Assembly (NCBI GenBank): GCA_000182565.2
Contig: KQ257459.1
Length of the DNA: 64,000 nt
Source: Spizellomyces punctatus DAOM BR117
Taxonomy: Eukaryota
Reading direction: 5' to 3' (one strand)
A program made the position numbers and the translations under genes. The notes below the pieces were generated by a model that worked only from the letters and a program-made list of their open reading frames with translations, was not told the origin of the DNA and searched no databases. Below are positions 1 to 12,490 of the stretch, in pieces (the first letter of the stretch is position 1; each line of letters opens with the position of its first letter).

Positions 1-3000
1 CGCGAGGTCCTAACAAAGCGTGCAAGTGATGGGCCGCAAAGCCGCCGCGAGAGTCAGGACCGAGTGGCCACAGAGCTTTCTAACGGTAAAGCTGCCCGTC
101 CATTGAGCCGGACATCACAGGCACGTTCCGACGCACGCAATCTTGACGCTTTCGACTCTGTTATGACGAGCATCAAGCAGATGATTGATACTTCTGGGCA
201 CCTAATCGAGCAGGCAGACAGCGACACTACCCTCGCAGATGTAGGAATGATTGATTCACCACCAAAGGGAAACGGAGCAGCAGAGCCTCGTCGTCCTGAC
301 TCAAAAGACACGGCCAAGAACGTCCACATCAAATCTGAACAATATTCCAATGATCGGGAAGGAAGCAGGAGCAAGAATTGGAAAAGCCAATTGCAGCATA
401 CACTAGCTGAGAGGACATTCCGTGATGAAGGCAAGAGTGGGAAGTCCCAAGGGTCACATTCTGCAGAAGGCGGCTTTGAGAAAAAAGGTAAACGGCTCAC
501 TAAGAGGAACAGTAAAGTTGGGAGAAGGGCGTCTGTTGAAACGACTGCGGCGACCGTGGAAAAGCCGTTAACAGTGATTGTGCGGAAACCAGGTGCGTAG
601 TTTCACCGCGAGTAATTGACTGGACTACGCCCTAATGTTTCTCTCATTGCAGCATCGAGTGACGATATTGCAGCAAAACCATCAGCAACATCTGTTGTTG
701 ATAAGGTTGCACCGTCAAAGCCCGACGAATCGGGGGAGTCGTCCGGCTCCCCGACTTTCTCCGTCGCCATTCCGCCCGAGATTGACTTGAGTAGGAAGGT
801 CAACTTCTTTGCTATGCCGGATATCCTTTCTCCTGAACCGCCACCCCCATCAGCCAACGTCTTGTCTGCCGAAAATGACATGACGGCGTCTGATAACGTC
901 ACTAACGGATTGAAGTCTCCGCTTGCGCCGAAAGAGGATGTGCTTCTTGATGCCTTCAAAAACGAATCTCCAAACCCGCAGCACGGAGAACGTCGCTTGA
1001 ATGTCCTCGAAAATAAGCATGCCATACCTCGCCATCCTGTGGAGGCGTGGGCGACCATGCTGCAGCCAACTACCACAGTAGATTTAACTCAACCTTGGGC
1101 GGCAGCGGTCCCAGCTACGTTTAGCCCTCGCACCACTTCCTACCGATCGACTGACTCAGGGTTGCTTTCTCAACCATCGCTCATGCTCCATCCGACCGCC
1201 CAGCCGTTGATTGTACCCCAATATCCAACGGCCCATCCCCAAATATGGCATAACAAGGACTCTTTCCATGGAGCTACGGTTTCATCTCAAATAGGCCCGA
1301 GTATGCAATTACTCGTTCCCCGACAGATGATGACGCAACAGTTCCCATATCCGTGGATGGTTGTACCAGGTGGGATGCAAGCACTTAAGCCGCAGCAAAC
1401 AGCATCGTCTTATCCCCAGGTCGCCGTGCGGCCGGCAGGGCCGCCAGTGCAGATGACGCCTCAGCAGTTCCAGGCGCTATGGAAGGATCAAGGAGTTTTG
1501 GCTGGTATGCAAATGCATCCACATACGGGATCCACAGTAAAAGCAAGTCAACAGCAAGCGTTACCCACTAAGCACGTGGGACGGTTCCCTGAAAGGCATC
1601 GGTCGTATCAAGGGGACGTGCCGCGGTCAAATGCAGGTGGAGGAAAGCCGGTTGGTTATGGGAGGCTGCAGCCCTCTTCGTCGCAAAATCTACCTACGAA
1701 TTCTGCGCCCATTCACCTACCTTTGGGTTCAGCTCTAGCCGCTACGGTAACACCTGTCCCAGCGGTAGATTCTAATCCAGCCCAAATTCCAAGTGGCGGT
1801 GCTGAAAGCAAGCATCCGTCACCAGTTCTTCCTGCACAGAATTCGGAGGTTGGCAGAGCACAGCGGGTACCACAGCCTCCTCCCGCCGTGCCTGCTCCAT
1901 CCTCAAATCCCACGCAACAACCTTATATCTCTCCACCAGCAGCAACGCAAGCGGGCAAAGCAGGTCAGGTTCCGCTCAAATCAGTAAAGCATGGAACGCC
2001 CCATGAAGAATTGAAAACCGCACCATCCTCGGGTAGTGATATGCTCACAAAGCAGGTGTCAGGAAGTGCTGCGGCCACTCCAGCTACTGCCCTGCCGTTG
2101 CATAACATCCAACCCCGTGAAGCTTCACACAAGAGGACTCCGTCGTATGGGTTACAACGTGGACCTTACTGGCAGGCGCGGCAGGTAGGACGACCAGATT
2201 TGACAAGACACATGGGAAGTATGGCTCAAGGGTATCAACCAACGGCCGGAAAAGACATACAAGTCGGGCAGAAACCAAGGAAGGATAATGGTACTGATAC
2301 TGCAGAGGATAACAAGAACCCCCAGGACTCTGCAGAACATTCTGGCGATAGTCATATGGAGGTGTCAAAATCAGAGTCGAAAGTGGAAGTGGAGAAGGCA
2401 GCACTTATCCTTAATGACACAAGGGTGCAGCAGTCTCGACGTCCTGCACAGACCTCCTCGGAGACCCAGGCACGGCCATCGGGCCCTCCATCGACAAGGG
2501 ACCGTTCTACTCAACCCACAAGCAAAGCCACGGAAGAAACACGCGGCGCTGGAGCGGCAGGGAAAGGAGCGGAGCAAGCAATCACGTCCTCAACGCATCC
2601 CAAATCCACACAACGGAGCCTCAAGCGCCCCGCCTCGTCACAACCTTTGGTACCCCGAGAGAAGCACCCACGCCCAGCAGTTTCATCGGGACCTCAGAAA
2701 GGGGACAGGCAGAGTGTATACAAGGAGGATATAACGCCGAGTGGGTTGAAGATTACCTATACATCGCGAACTGTCGCTGGGCCACCTACTGTGGAGAAAA
2801 GCAACGAGAAGGGGAAGAAGGACTCCGCGGTAGGAACGGAAAGGGAACGAAAAAATCAGGCTGCAGTGGAGGTCCGGGAATGCGCAGAGAAGGAGAACGA
2901 GAGCAAGGGGGAAAAAGAGGAAGGCGATATGAAGGGGGATAAGGAGAAGAAGAAGAGACGGCGGCAAGGAAAGAAGGCCCGGGAGCATGATAAGACAGAT

Positions 3001-3441
3001 GACAATGATGAGGAGAACATGCGAGACAAGAGCACTACGCCCAGTTCTGGCCCCACCTCCAGTCCCTCTCCTGTACCATCACCTGACGTTGGGCCAGGGC
3101 GCATAATGGCGAAGAAGCCTGTATCGCCTCGCATGCCTCCTACCCAGGTCGAGGGGGATGGGTCCGAAAAGGCTCAATTCGCTGGATCACAGAACGTACC
3201 GAGCAATTCGGTGCCATCGTCAAGACCTTCCCGTAAGGATGGTTCTCGCGGCGGATTCAGCGGATCATTCTCTTCATCATTCTCTGCGAGCCGAGGAAAA
3301 GGGATCAATAATGCATCATGGCGAAGAGGAGGAGCCACTTCTGCAGCAAGATTCAGCCAACGCCGTGGTGGTCGTGGTGCAGAAGGAGCCGTGAGTGGAA
3401 TGTGTGGTCCTCGGGCTGTTTATGTGACATCAAAGCAGTAA
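1..3441 (+). CDS. Large low-complexity (P/Q/S-rich, acidic/basic, RG-rich C-terminus) hypothetical protein; 5' end probably upstream of the window
   Basis: ORFs 64-600 and 616-3441 share a frame and are joined by a 60-nt GT-AG intron (593-652: GTGCGT...CTAAT...TTGCAG). No recognisable folded domain. Confidence 0.75.
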
Positions 3442-3850
3442 GAGAGAATCAAATGCAAATGTGTTTGTCGGTATGTGTACAAACGGGGCTTTGTAGCGGA
3501 AAATGGGCTTTTAGTTTTTGTGAATTCCGACATAGATTGAGATAGTTGTTTCCTGCTGATTTGTTTTATGCAAGAAGCGATTGCTCCTCTCGTTTTCTCT
3601 TTTTTTTTGTATAAATATATTCAAATGCATCTCAAGGATAGGATATCCGTTTGGGTTTTGGAGGGATGGGCTTTGCGGATGGCTTAGCGGCGCGTATCGA
3701 TGTCTGGATGTGTGACATCATTTCCGTTGGTGGGGTTTGGGGGTTGATATATTTTGGAAAGCCTTTGGAAATCTCTTGTTCGTACGTTTTCGTTCAACTT
3801 GCAGCAAACAAAACGTTATTTTATACAGATTATATTTCAACAATACACAC

Positions 3851-6800
3851 ATGCCTTCAGTTCAACAACCTGTCATGTCAACCACTCAGCCCTCCAAAGT
3901 CGTTCCCATTGAGACCCTCATTCAAGATGACCCCTACCTGGGTCCGTACAAGGGTGCTATCCAGCACAGGTGCGACCAGCCCAGGGAAACTGTGTAGTGG
4001 CCCTCGCACATTATTAACCAGCATACCTTAGATATTCGCAGTACGCATCCTGGGTTGATAAGATAAACGCGGATGAAGGTGGGGTCGATAAGTTCACTCG
4101 GGGATGGGAGCGATTGGGATTTAATGTGGACAAGGACGGGATTGTGTACAGGGAATGGGCACCTGGTGCAGAACAGGCGTTTCTTGTTGGAGAATTCAGT
4201 GAGTTTCATATTGCTGTCTTTGAGTGGGAACGCCAGGATTGACGTTGTCATTGTCACAAAGACAACTGGGACAGGAACAGCCACCCTTTGAAGAAAAACG
4301 AGTTTGGGGTCTGGGAGATTCGATTGCCTAACAAGCCGAATGGAGAGCTTGCAATACCTCATAATACCAAAGTGAAGGTGCTGTCATTTTCACCCGTCAT
4401 TAACGGCCGTGGATGGGCCCTGATATTTGAAATGTCATGAATAGATATCAATGACGAAACCCGGTGGAGAACGGATCGAGCGGATTCCTGCTCTGATCCG
4501 CAGAGCTGTACAAGATCTAAACTTGAGCCCAGCATATGAGGGCGTGTTTTGGCATCCCAAACAAAAGTATATCTTCAAGAACAAACCTCCACCAAAGCCG
4601 ACTGAAATGAGAATATACGAGTCACATGGTATGCTTCACATGGTGATGCAGCGTCTTGTTTAACGAATACCAATCCTCTTTCTTTCCTGTACGACACAGT
4701 CGGTATTTCATCACCCGAGCCGCGGGTTGCGAGCTACAAAGATTTTCGTGAACAAACCTTACCCCGAATTGCACGTCTGGGGTACAATGTCATTCAGTTG
4801 ATGGCGATTATGGAGCATCCGTATTATGCCAGTTTCGGCTACCAGGTGACGAATTTCTTTGCGCCCTCTAGTCGATTCGGTAGGCAAAAATGATGTCGTG
4901 CGACGGGAGGTATGGCACAACACTGAAGTTCACAATTAGGAACGCCTGAGGACTTGATGGAACTCATCGATGCTGCCCATGGCTTGGGGATCACAGTGTT
5001 GCTGGATGTCGTGCATTCTCATTCATCCAAGAATGTTTTGGATGGAATTAATGAGTTTGATGGGACAGGTCTGTAGGGTCAATTAACGTGTGAAATCTTT
5101 TGCGCAAGAAATGTGAACCCAATTCTTTCCTCTCTTGCAGACCACTGTTATTTCCATGAGGGGGCACGCGGACGCCATGAACTTTGGGATAGCCGGTAAG
5201 GGACTATTTTCAGCATGCGATTCCCACAAATGGTATATCGTACCTACGAAATTCATTGGAAACCTGCTGCCAGGCTCTTTAACTACGGGCACCACGAGGT
5301 CCTTCGCTTCCTCCTTTCGAATCTCCGATACTGGATCGTAGAATATGGGTTTGACGGCTTCCGCTTCGATGGCGTGACGAGCATGCTGTACCATCACCAT
5401 GGTCTAGGAACGGCGTTTTCTGGAGGCTACGATGATTATTTTGGAAATGCTGTGGATGTGGAGGCAATTGTTTATATGATGCTGGTGGGTTGTTGAATTA
5501 CGATTGTCTGGCTGGTAGTTGTACTGAAAGAAAGCGCATTGTGGTCCTCAGGCAAACGACATCATGCACAAGCTGCATCCGCATATTGTGACAATTGCTG
5601 AAGGTACGCAATACCTTTTTGAATCCGTCGATACATTGATGATGACCGTAGCACAGATGTGTCTGGTATGCCAACCCTTTGTAGACCTGTTGCTGAAGGG
5701 GGTATCGGGTTTGATTACCGGCTGGCGATGGCGATTCCCGATATGTGGATTAAGCTTCTGAAAGAGAAGAAGGTATTGTTCACCGTTAGTACCTGCTGAA
5801 GGTTACGAACTATTTATTGAAGTGCACATTTACATCGAAGGACGAGGCATGGGACATGGGCAACATCACTCATACTTTGACCAATCGCCGCTGGAAGGTA
5901 TCCTAATAACGTCCTGGGTCATTGTCATGAAGTCGCTCAAATATATATTTTTTTTTCCAGGAACCGACCGTCGCGTACTGCGAGAGCCATGATCAGGCCC
6001 TTGTTGGGGACAAGACCATTGCTTTCTGGCTAATGGATAAGGAGATGTACACCAATATGTCAAACCTCACTCCATTGACTCCAGTGATTGACCGTGGATT
6101 GGCGCTGCACAAAATGATCAGATTAATAACTTACGGACTGGGGGGTGAAGGCTATCTTAATTTTATGGGCAATGAGTTTGGACATCCCGAGTGGTTGGTG
6201 AGTACTACTGTTGGACTGGCGCAATTTAACAGTGTTTCAATGCGGGTTCAATAAATGATACTGCGTCATTAGGATTTCCCACGTGCGGGAAATAACAGTA
6301 GGTAAAGTATCGCCGCCGATGCGAGGTCCTATGAGCTTGTTTCTCAATTCGACCTTTGTTCTCAAAAGCTTTCACTACGCGCGCCGTCAATACAATCTGA
6401 TTGATGACCACCTTCTACGCTATCAATATCTCAACAACTTCGACCAAGCGATGCATGCCCTGGAGAAACAATCTCACTGGCTGCAAACCACCCAAGTAAG
6501 CCCTCGCTATTGCGCGATTCCTTCCTGAGAGACATTTGCCAACTCCCGATCCCGCTAGTATGTGTCTCTCAAGCACGAAGGCGACAAAGTGATCGCATTT
6601 GAACGCGGCAATCTTCTCTGGATCTTCAACTTCCATCCTTCTCAGTCATTTTCAGACTATAGGGTTGGAACAAACTGGGCGGGTACATACAGGGTCGTTC
6701 TTGATACAGACTGGAAGGAATTTGGCGGACATGAAAGGGTGGACCGGAAGGGCAAGTATTTTTCCACTCCTGAGGAGTGGGCTGGAAGGAAGAACTACAT

Positions 6801-6920
6801 TCAGGTGCGGTTGCATTACGCTCTTGGGGCTTTCACGAGACAGAAAATGCTAACCTATCGTATACGCTTTGGCAGGTTTATATCCCAAGTCGGACTGCTC
6901 TAGTTTTAGCTTACCAATGA
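3851..6920 (+). CDS. GLC3: 1,4-alpha-glucan branching enzyme (GH13), about 16 exons
   Basis: Spliced exons give [53 protein letters not shown] (nucleophile), [31 protein letters not shown] and end [14 protein letters not shown]. Alternative start ATG at 3875. Confidence 0.97.
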
Positions 6921-7207
6921 GAAACAGTAGCGCTAGATCATCCTTCGTTAGGAAAGCGTGATTGCAATTAGAGACCAGGCATTCTGCCTTTGTTTGTGAC
7001 TGTCCACAAATCTCACTTGACAATGTTAAGTGTTCGCAAATGGATTGTGCGATTGAGGCCCAAGTTTAAGATGAGGATATCAAGCTCGCAACTTTGCTTG
7101 AAATCTGACTATATATAATATTACTTAAAAAAACCATTTGCTTTAAAATCTGAAACTCGGATGCATCTATAGACAAGAATATGACATAAGTAACCCGGTG
7201 CAGCAGG

Positions 7208-8299
7208 TTAGTTCAGCTCCACAATCCTCGCCGTCTGAGGTCCTGACAAGTCCTCACCCACCCTCCGACCACCATAGGGTCCGGGTTGTGCTCCTTCCGT
7301 TGGAACAACTGGCGCAAAGAAGCTTGCGACATTTTCCATCAAAGATGCGGGCGGTGTATCCGGCAGTCCTCTCGTCTCACCGCTTCCGCTCAGTCGTCCA
7401 CCACTTGCCACTGCTTGGCCCCACGCAGCCCACCCTACGATGGTCTTCCATAACCAGTCAACGGCGTTGTCCCCTCCGATCCTTCTTAAATCCATCACCT
7501 TTCCAACTACCATTGCTGCAACCAGCCCTTTCAGCATTGCTTTCCATGCCCCAAAACCGCCGAGGGCGCACAGGCATAACGGAATGTAGACAGGTTGAAT
7601 GGGAAGGACGCCAAAAAGCGTTAGCGATGTTGATGGGGTGGTTATTGCCCAAAGCCAGCGGAAGGCGTACTCTAGGTTGGGGTAAAGCGAATATGGAAAG
7701 AGGAGAAGGGACGGTGTCGCTGTGGTCAGGAATGAAGTAGTGGACACTGGCGCTGGAGGCGCGCAGTACAAGGCTAGTTCGATGCCGACCAAGACTACCC
7801 CCGCCAACAGTTGAGCTCTCAGAAAGTGGTTATCTAGAACTAACCACTCCAAGGCATTCTTCCGTCCTCCATTCCTTTTTCTTCTGTTTTGCCCCTCTCG
7901 CAGGACGACGCCGTCCTGAACGAGATCCCCTTCACCGTCGAACCACTTTTCTAATGGTGCTTGCCAATAGACCATGCCCACAGCCCTTTGAAAGACTTCA
8001 ACAACGCCGTGACCCAAAACACAGAATCCCGTTATCCCTCGCCATAGTTGATATCTTGGAGCAAGGAAGAGGCGCGGGTGGAAGAGGAGAGTGCGGTAGG
8101 GTGTTAGACCTATGAGGTGGGTTAGATGAATCGTCGAGCCCAAGGCAATTTGCAAAGTTGTGTGCGGAGAGCTGCGAATGTGGGATTGCAGAGTGTGCGT
8201 AAGAGTTGATGGGGACATTCCTGTCAAGGTAGTGACGGTGGCGACAAATGTGGAAATTGAGGTTCCGTCTTCACCTCCGAGAAGTCGGGGCCTAGACAT
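7208..8299 (-). CDS. Derlin/DER1-like (rhomboid pseudoprotease) membrane protein, intronless
   Basis: FHPRLFLAPRYQLWRGITGF resembles the derlin Q.WR.IT.F motif, and FGVLPIQPVYIPL resembles derlin FG...F.A.YLPW. Several hydrophobic segments and a G-rich tail (GGRLSG, GGRRVG). Start could be 8299 or 8311. Confidence 0.65.
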   Translation of the reverse strand: MSRPRLLGGEDGTSISTFVATVTTLTGMSPSTLTHTLQSHIRSSPHTTLQIALGSTIHLTHLIGLTPYRTLLFHPRLFLAPRYQLWRGITGFCVLGHGVVEVFQRAVGMVYWQAPLEKWFDGEGDLVQDGVVLREGQNRRKRNGGRKNALEWLVLDNHFLRAQLLAGVVLVGIELALYCAPPAPVSTTSFLTTATPSLLLFPYSLYPNLEYAFRWLWAITTPSTSLTLFGVLPIQPVYIPLCLCALGGFGAWKAMLKGLVAAMVVGKVMDLRRIGGDNAVDWLWKTIVGWAAWGQAVASGGRLSGSGETRGLPDTPPASLMENVASFFAPVVPTEGAQPGPYGGRRVGEDLSGPQTARIVELN

Positions 8300-8603
8300 G
8301 CTTTTGTTCATCGCTTCTGGCGGTTGTATTAGTGAACGGAGACCGAGAGACGCTTGTCTACAGTCGTAAGCATGGTGCGAGTGCAACTGCAAAAGTGCGG
8401 TCGACCACATCGATTGTGCTTCTGAATAAAAAAAAACTTTATGAACAAATGTAAACCTTCTTTAACGAGAATGTAAGCCAAAGCGTAGCATACCCTCCAT
8501 ACTGGAATCCGCCGTTACGCCAGCCGAGTACCAGTATATTGACAATTGTAAACAAGCGCTTGTTGGAAATCTTACAGCTGCTTGCCGGCCTGCTTGGATT
8601 GTG

Positions 8604-8617
8604 GCTGTCATGGCAAC
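8604..8617. promoter_or_regulatory. RFX X-box-like element in the derlin/BABAM2 divergent promoter
   Basis: GCTGTCATGGCAAC (reverse complement GTTGCCATGACAGC), 12/14 match to GTTGCCATGGCAAC. Confidence 0.45.
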
Positions 8618-8776
8618 AGCCAGCACAGCCACCTCGCTGTCGACAGCGACAATGGTCATTAGCAATCACCTAAAGATTGAATTTCCAACACGTGTTCCGG
8701 CTCTCAGCACGACCTTTACCCTTGGTTTGAGCAACCAATACCTCCCTTTTGTTTGTCCGAAGCCCCATGCCCGAGG

Positions 8777-10609
8777 ATGCTCCGGTCCCTACATCCCAAA
8801 TTGCGTCCACTAGCAGAACCGCTGCTGAATGCACGCGATTTGTATGAACTTAAAACTGCCAGACCTTCTACTTATAAAAACCGATCGGAAGGAGAATGTA
8901 CGCGATTTGATGTGGGAGTGAAGTGCGTCGGAGAAGTGCGGTTTCAATGTGAGTGTTTTCTCGTGCCAAACGGTAGCCTGTAGCATGCCGGCAAGAGGGG
9001 AGACGAGGGTAGATGGACTGCGAACTTCTCTCAATAGCTGTTTGTCAATCATTGACTGCTTGTCGTCTCTGCGCTGTGCTCCATAGGTACTGTCATATTC
9101 GATCTGGGTGACTTGGAATTTCCACCCGACCTTGTCTGCGAAGACTTCCCGCTCAAGTATGGCGATATTAGACCTCTCATCGAATGGCGATCTGGCGATA
9201 GAAACGCTCTATGGAAGACCTTTGATGAAATCGGAAAATTGTATCAGGTCAGCTTTGTTGATATATTCTGCCGATCTGTGGAGGGAGGAATACTCAATGT
9301 GCGACCCTCCTACATAGCACTACCAAAGACAGAGAATCACGGAGCTAGGAATTGAAAGGATACAGTTTGACTTGAGTAGCTTTGACCATCAGAAAGTGAG
9401 ATTGGTCCTTACCACTCTATGGGACGTACGCCGTATTGGATTCTCATTGCTTGGGGCTTCCTCGTGCAGGACCTTCAGTGCTTCATGACAGCCCCTGAGT
9501 GGATGTCAACCGACGCAACCGTAAGTGCTCTTATCCGTGCATGTTACCGAGATTTCTGTAATTGAACGGTACTTCTAGATATATATATACATGCCCGTAC
9601 GCGTTGATGACAAGGATGAATCAAATCTTCTGCTTTTGGATATCAACGAGAGCTCTGTTCTCGTAGGTAAATAGCGGCGTTGATATCTCGCTTTCTCAAG
9701 TGTAAGGATTGGGACTGTGCATTGAACGTTCTTTGGCGACTCTAGCACGGCTGACTGTGATGTTCCATGTGTATGAAGGAGAGGTGAAGCAAATCGAAAA
9801 GCAGATACAGCTTCCCCCGCAGTGGAAAGATATATACGTCCCGAAGGTTGGTGAATATTCTGCGCATATGATCCATTATATTGCACACCTTTAATCGTCA
9901 AAATATTGTACCGCACAGATACCTGATTATCCTCTCGATGCGACGTTGTTCGATTATATGCTTGAGGTGCAAAAGTACTTGGCAACTGTGCATTCCAACG
10001 TCATTCAGCGGATCGACAGGAGACGGGAGTTTGTGGAGACCATCGTAGCTACCTTCAGAAGGTAAAGCCAGCATATCATTTTTTCTTAACCCAGTCTGAT
10101 CCTAAGGTCTGAACTCGTTGAGAGTCATATACTTGAATATGACTCGAGAGAGTGGTTTTATGCGTCTTTTTACTTTGAAATTCCACCACCACAGACATCG
10201 CCATCGGATTTGTCACCTGTGGATCGCAAAAACAACTCTAGGGCTGTAGCAAATGGTACGGGCTGGGGCAGCCTATATTGCGCGTGTCCCTCAGGTGTTT
10301 ATGCCTAATATGGATCCTAGTTCATCTGTCCCAGGATTATCCGGACATTCCACCAGAGGTTTTCCTCCAGTCAGCGTCAATGTTTGCAGATGCAGACTCG
10401 TATATACCGGCAACTGTGCGCTTGAACGTCGACTTTGGACTGGTTGGGATGTGGGGGTCGGAAAGGGTCTCGTGCGAGGAAGCAGTTGAACGATTTCGGT
10501 AAGCGGTATTCGGTTATCATGTTTACGACAATTATTTGACCAAAGTTTGATGTCTTTTAGTAATGCGTTACTGGAGCAGATACCCACTGCATTCGCATGC
10601 ATCCCATGA
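8777..10609 (+). CDS. BABAM2: BRISC and BRCA1-A complex member 2 (BRE/BRCC45) homolog, multi-exon
   Basis: Spliced protein has CTRFDV..VIFDLGDLEFPPDL..EWRSGDRNALWKTFDEIGKLYQHYQ, IPDYPLDATLFDYMLEV..VIQRIDRRREFV..ILEYDS and VHLSQDYPDIPPEVFLQS. These are colinear with animal BRE motifs as I recall them (CDRF, PELPPDF, LIDYVPQV, KRREYI, VEYDAE, FPRDQPTLTFQS). Confidence 0.85.
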
Positions 10610-10885
10610 GAACACGGTTCGCTTCAACGCGAGGGAAAAATCCGTCGTTCGACTGGAAATTCCTTTAAAGTTTCAACTACTTCAGACCTTTGAAATAAAA
10701 TAAATAACTGTTTATTTTTGTCTGAACCGCTGGTGGTTTTTATGTCCATTTGCTTGACGGTTTCATTTTGACCTCTTCATCCATAAATTGCTTTCATCGC
10801 TTACGTATGTGATCTGGCATGTGACGCAACCCACCACCACACGCGAAGTTAAGCGTTCAACGATCCCATTGGCCTTCCACAAGAC

Positions 10886-12270
10886 ATGTACCTAATACCC
10901 TCCCAAACGATACACCTCCGCCAGCAGCTTGACAACTGCCCAGTTGACCACGATGCTGTCAAGCTGGCGCTCGGTTCGTTTATCACAGCCGGCCTCTTAC
11001 TGTCCTACGTACCGCAGGTATTACCATTTTGAAGAATTTCCTACTGGTGCGCCAGCAACTTGGGAGTCTACAGGGATCGCTTAGAATAATACTACTTGTA
11101 GTTCATTAAAATTGTGCAAAGAAAAACGAGTGAGGGACTCTCATTATGGTTCCTGTTCTTGGTGGGTTTCTGCAAGTTCCGCGTTTGCGGCCTTTGAAGT
11201 TGACCACGACACCACTTGATAGGGCGCTGTAGGAATGGCGTCAACTGTTGGCAATATGGCGCTGCTTCAATACCCTTATGTTCTATGCTGTAAGCGACCC
11301 ACGGTGAGTACTTTGACGCTGTCGTATAGGTATCCCGCAGGGAAACTTTTCTTATCGGCATTAATGGACGACCAGTGGACGCCTTTGATGTGCTTTGAAA
11401 ATACACTCGGACTAACACAAGTGGGCATTCAAACCGTTTGCTTTATGACATGGTCAGTTCTTCGCTCGTGGCTCGAACACGTTCTTCATGAGGAATGGGT
11501 TTAACGAGTTGTTGACCGTCTCCTTAGTGTCCTGCTATACTATGCTTACTACCCAACCGCCAAAAAGCACATCCCAAACACCGTACCCCCAGCATATACG
11601 TCCCAATGGCGACGATCCCTTTATATTGGTTGTATCATCATCATTTGGACAGTCATACTGACTGTAGGCGTCATAGCGATTTTGACTATTGATGCTGACG
11701 CGCTGGGTTACTCGCGTACCGCGGAATGGGTAGCGGGTGTTTTGGGGTTGATTGCGATGCAAACGTCGCTTATGCAGTTTTTCCCTCAGATAGTACATAC
11801 CTGGTTTGCAAAGGTATAAATCTGAGCATGTCACTTTTCTGGTTCCTGTGCGTATTCTAAACGACTTTTTGGCGGCCGATATATGCAGGCAGTTGGGGCT
11901 CTTAGCATTCCCACAATGCTCATGCAATGTCCAGGTACGCTATTTCACCTCTAAAAGGGCATCAACAATGTGATCACTCACGATTGTTTCATATACAGGG
12001 TCTTTCATCTTTGTCTACTCTCTTGCTGTCCAACCTGGTGCGAACTGGACCTCATGGCTTCCCTACCTCGTAAGCGGCGTACTACAGGGGGTGCTGCTAA
12101 CCATGTGCATCGTGTTCTCCATGAGAAATAAGGAGGATTTGGAGGATGGTGTGCAGGCACCGTTACTGGGCCCCGCAGATGAGGGAGTAGATGTCCAGGT
12201 AGAAGATCAAATCCTCGCTGATGGGAATGCACCAGATTATGGTACTATAGCATCGAAAGCAGAAAGGTAG
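10886..12270 (+). CDS. PQ-loop repeat membrane protein (putative vacuolar/lysosomal transporter)
   Basis: Two PQ loops after splicing: SYVPQ|FIKIVQRKTSEGLS and QFFPQIVHTWFAK|AVGALSIPTM. The C-tail carries APLL and YGTI sorting-like motifs. Stop TAG ends at 12270. Confidence 0.9.
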
Positions 12271-12490
12271 ATAAATTCTGGAATGCGTACCTTTCCTCTC
12301 AAGATACGTGTAATCGGTAGACCTCAAAAAGCTTCATGTGAGGATGTATATTGCTTTCGCTTTTCAAAGATATATCACCGCATTTAGGCCATAATACTAT
12401 CAATATCAATATATATATATAAATGTGTGTGTCTGTTTATTCAACAGCCATGGTAGTCTCGAATATCAAATTGTGTGCCACATCCATGCT

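Noticed and set aside
821-828. ATATCCTT (U12 donor-like) in the first gene
   Set aside because: It lies within an uninterrupted ORF (PDILSPEP) with no downstream TCCTTAAC branch site.
7198-7740. Antisense and alternative-frame ORFs overlapping real genes (this one and many others in the ORF track)
   Set aside because: They are explained as shadows of the coding strand and show no independent protein signatures.
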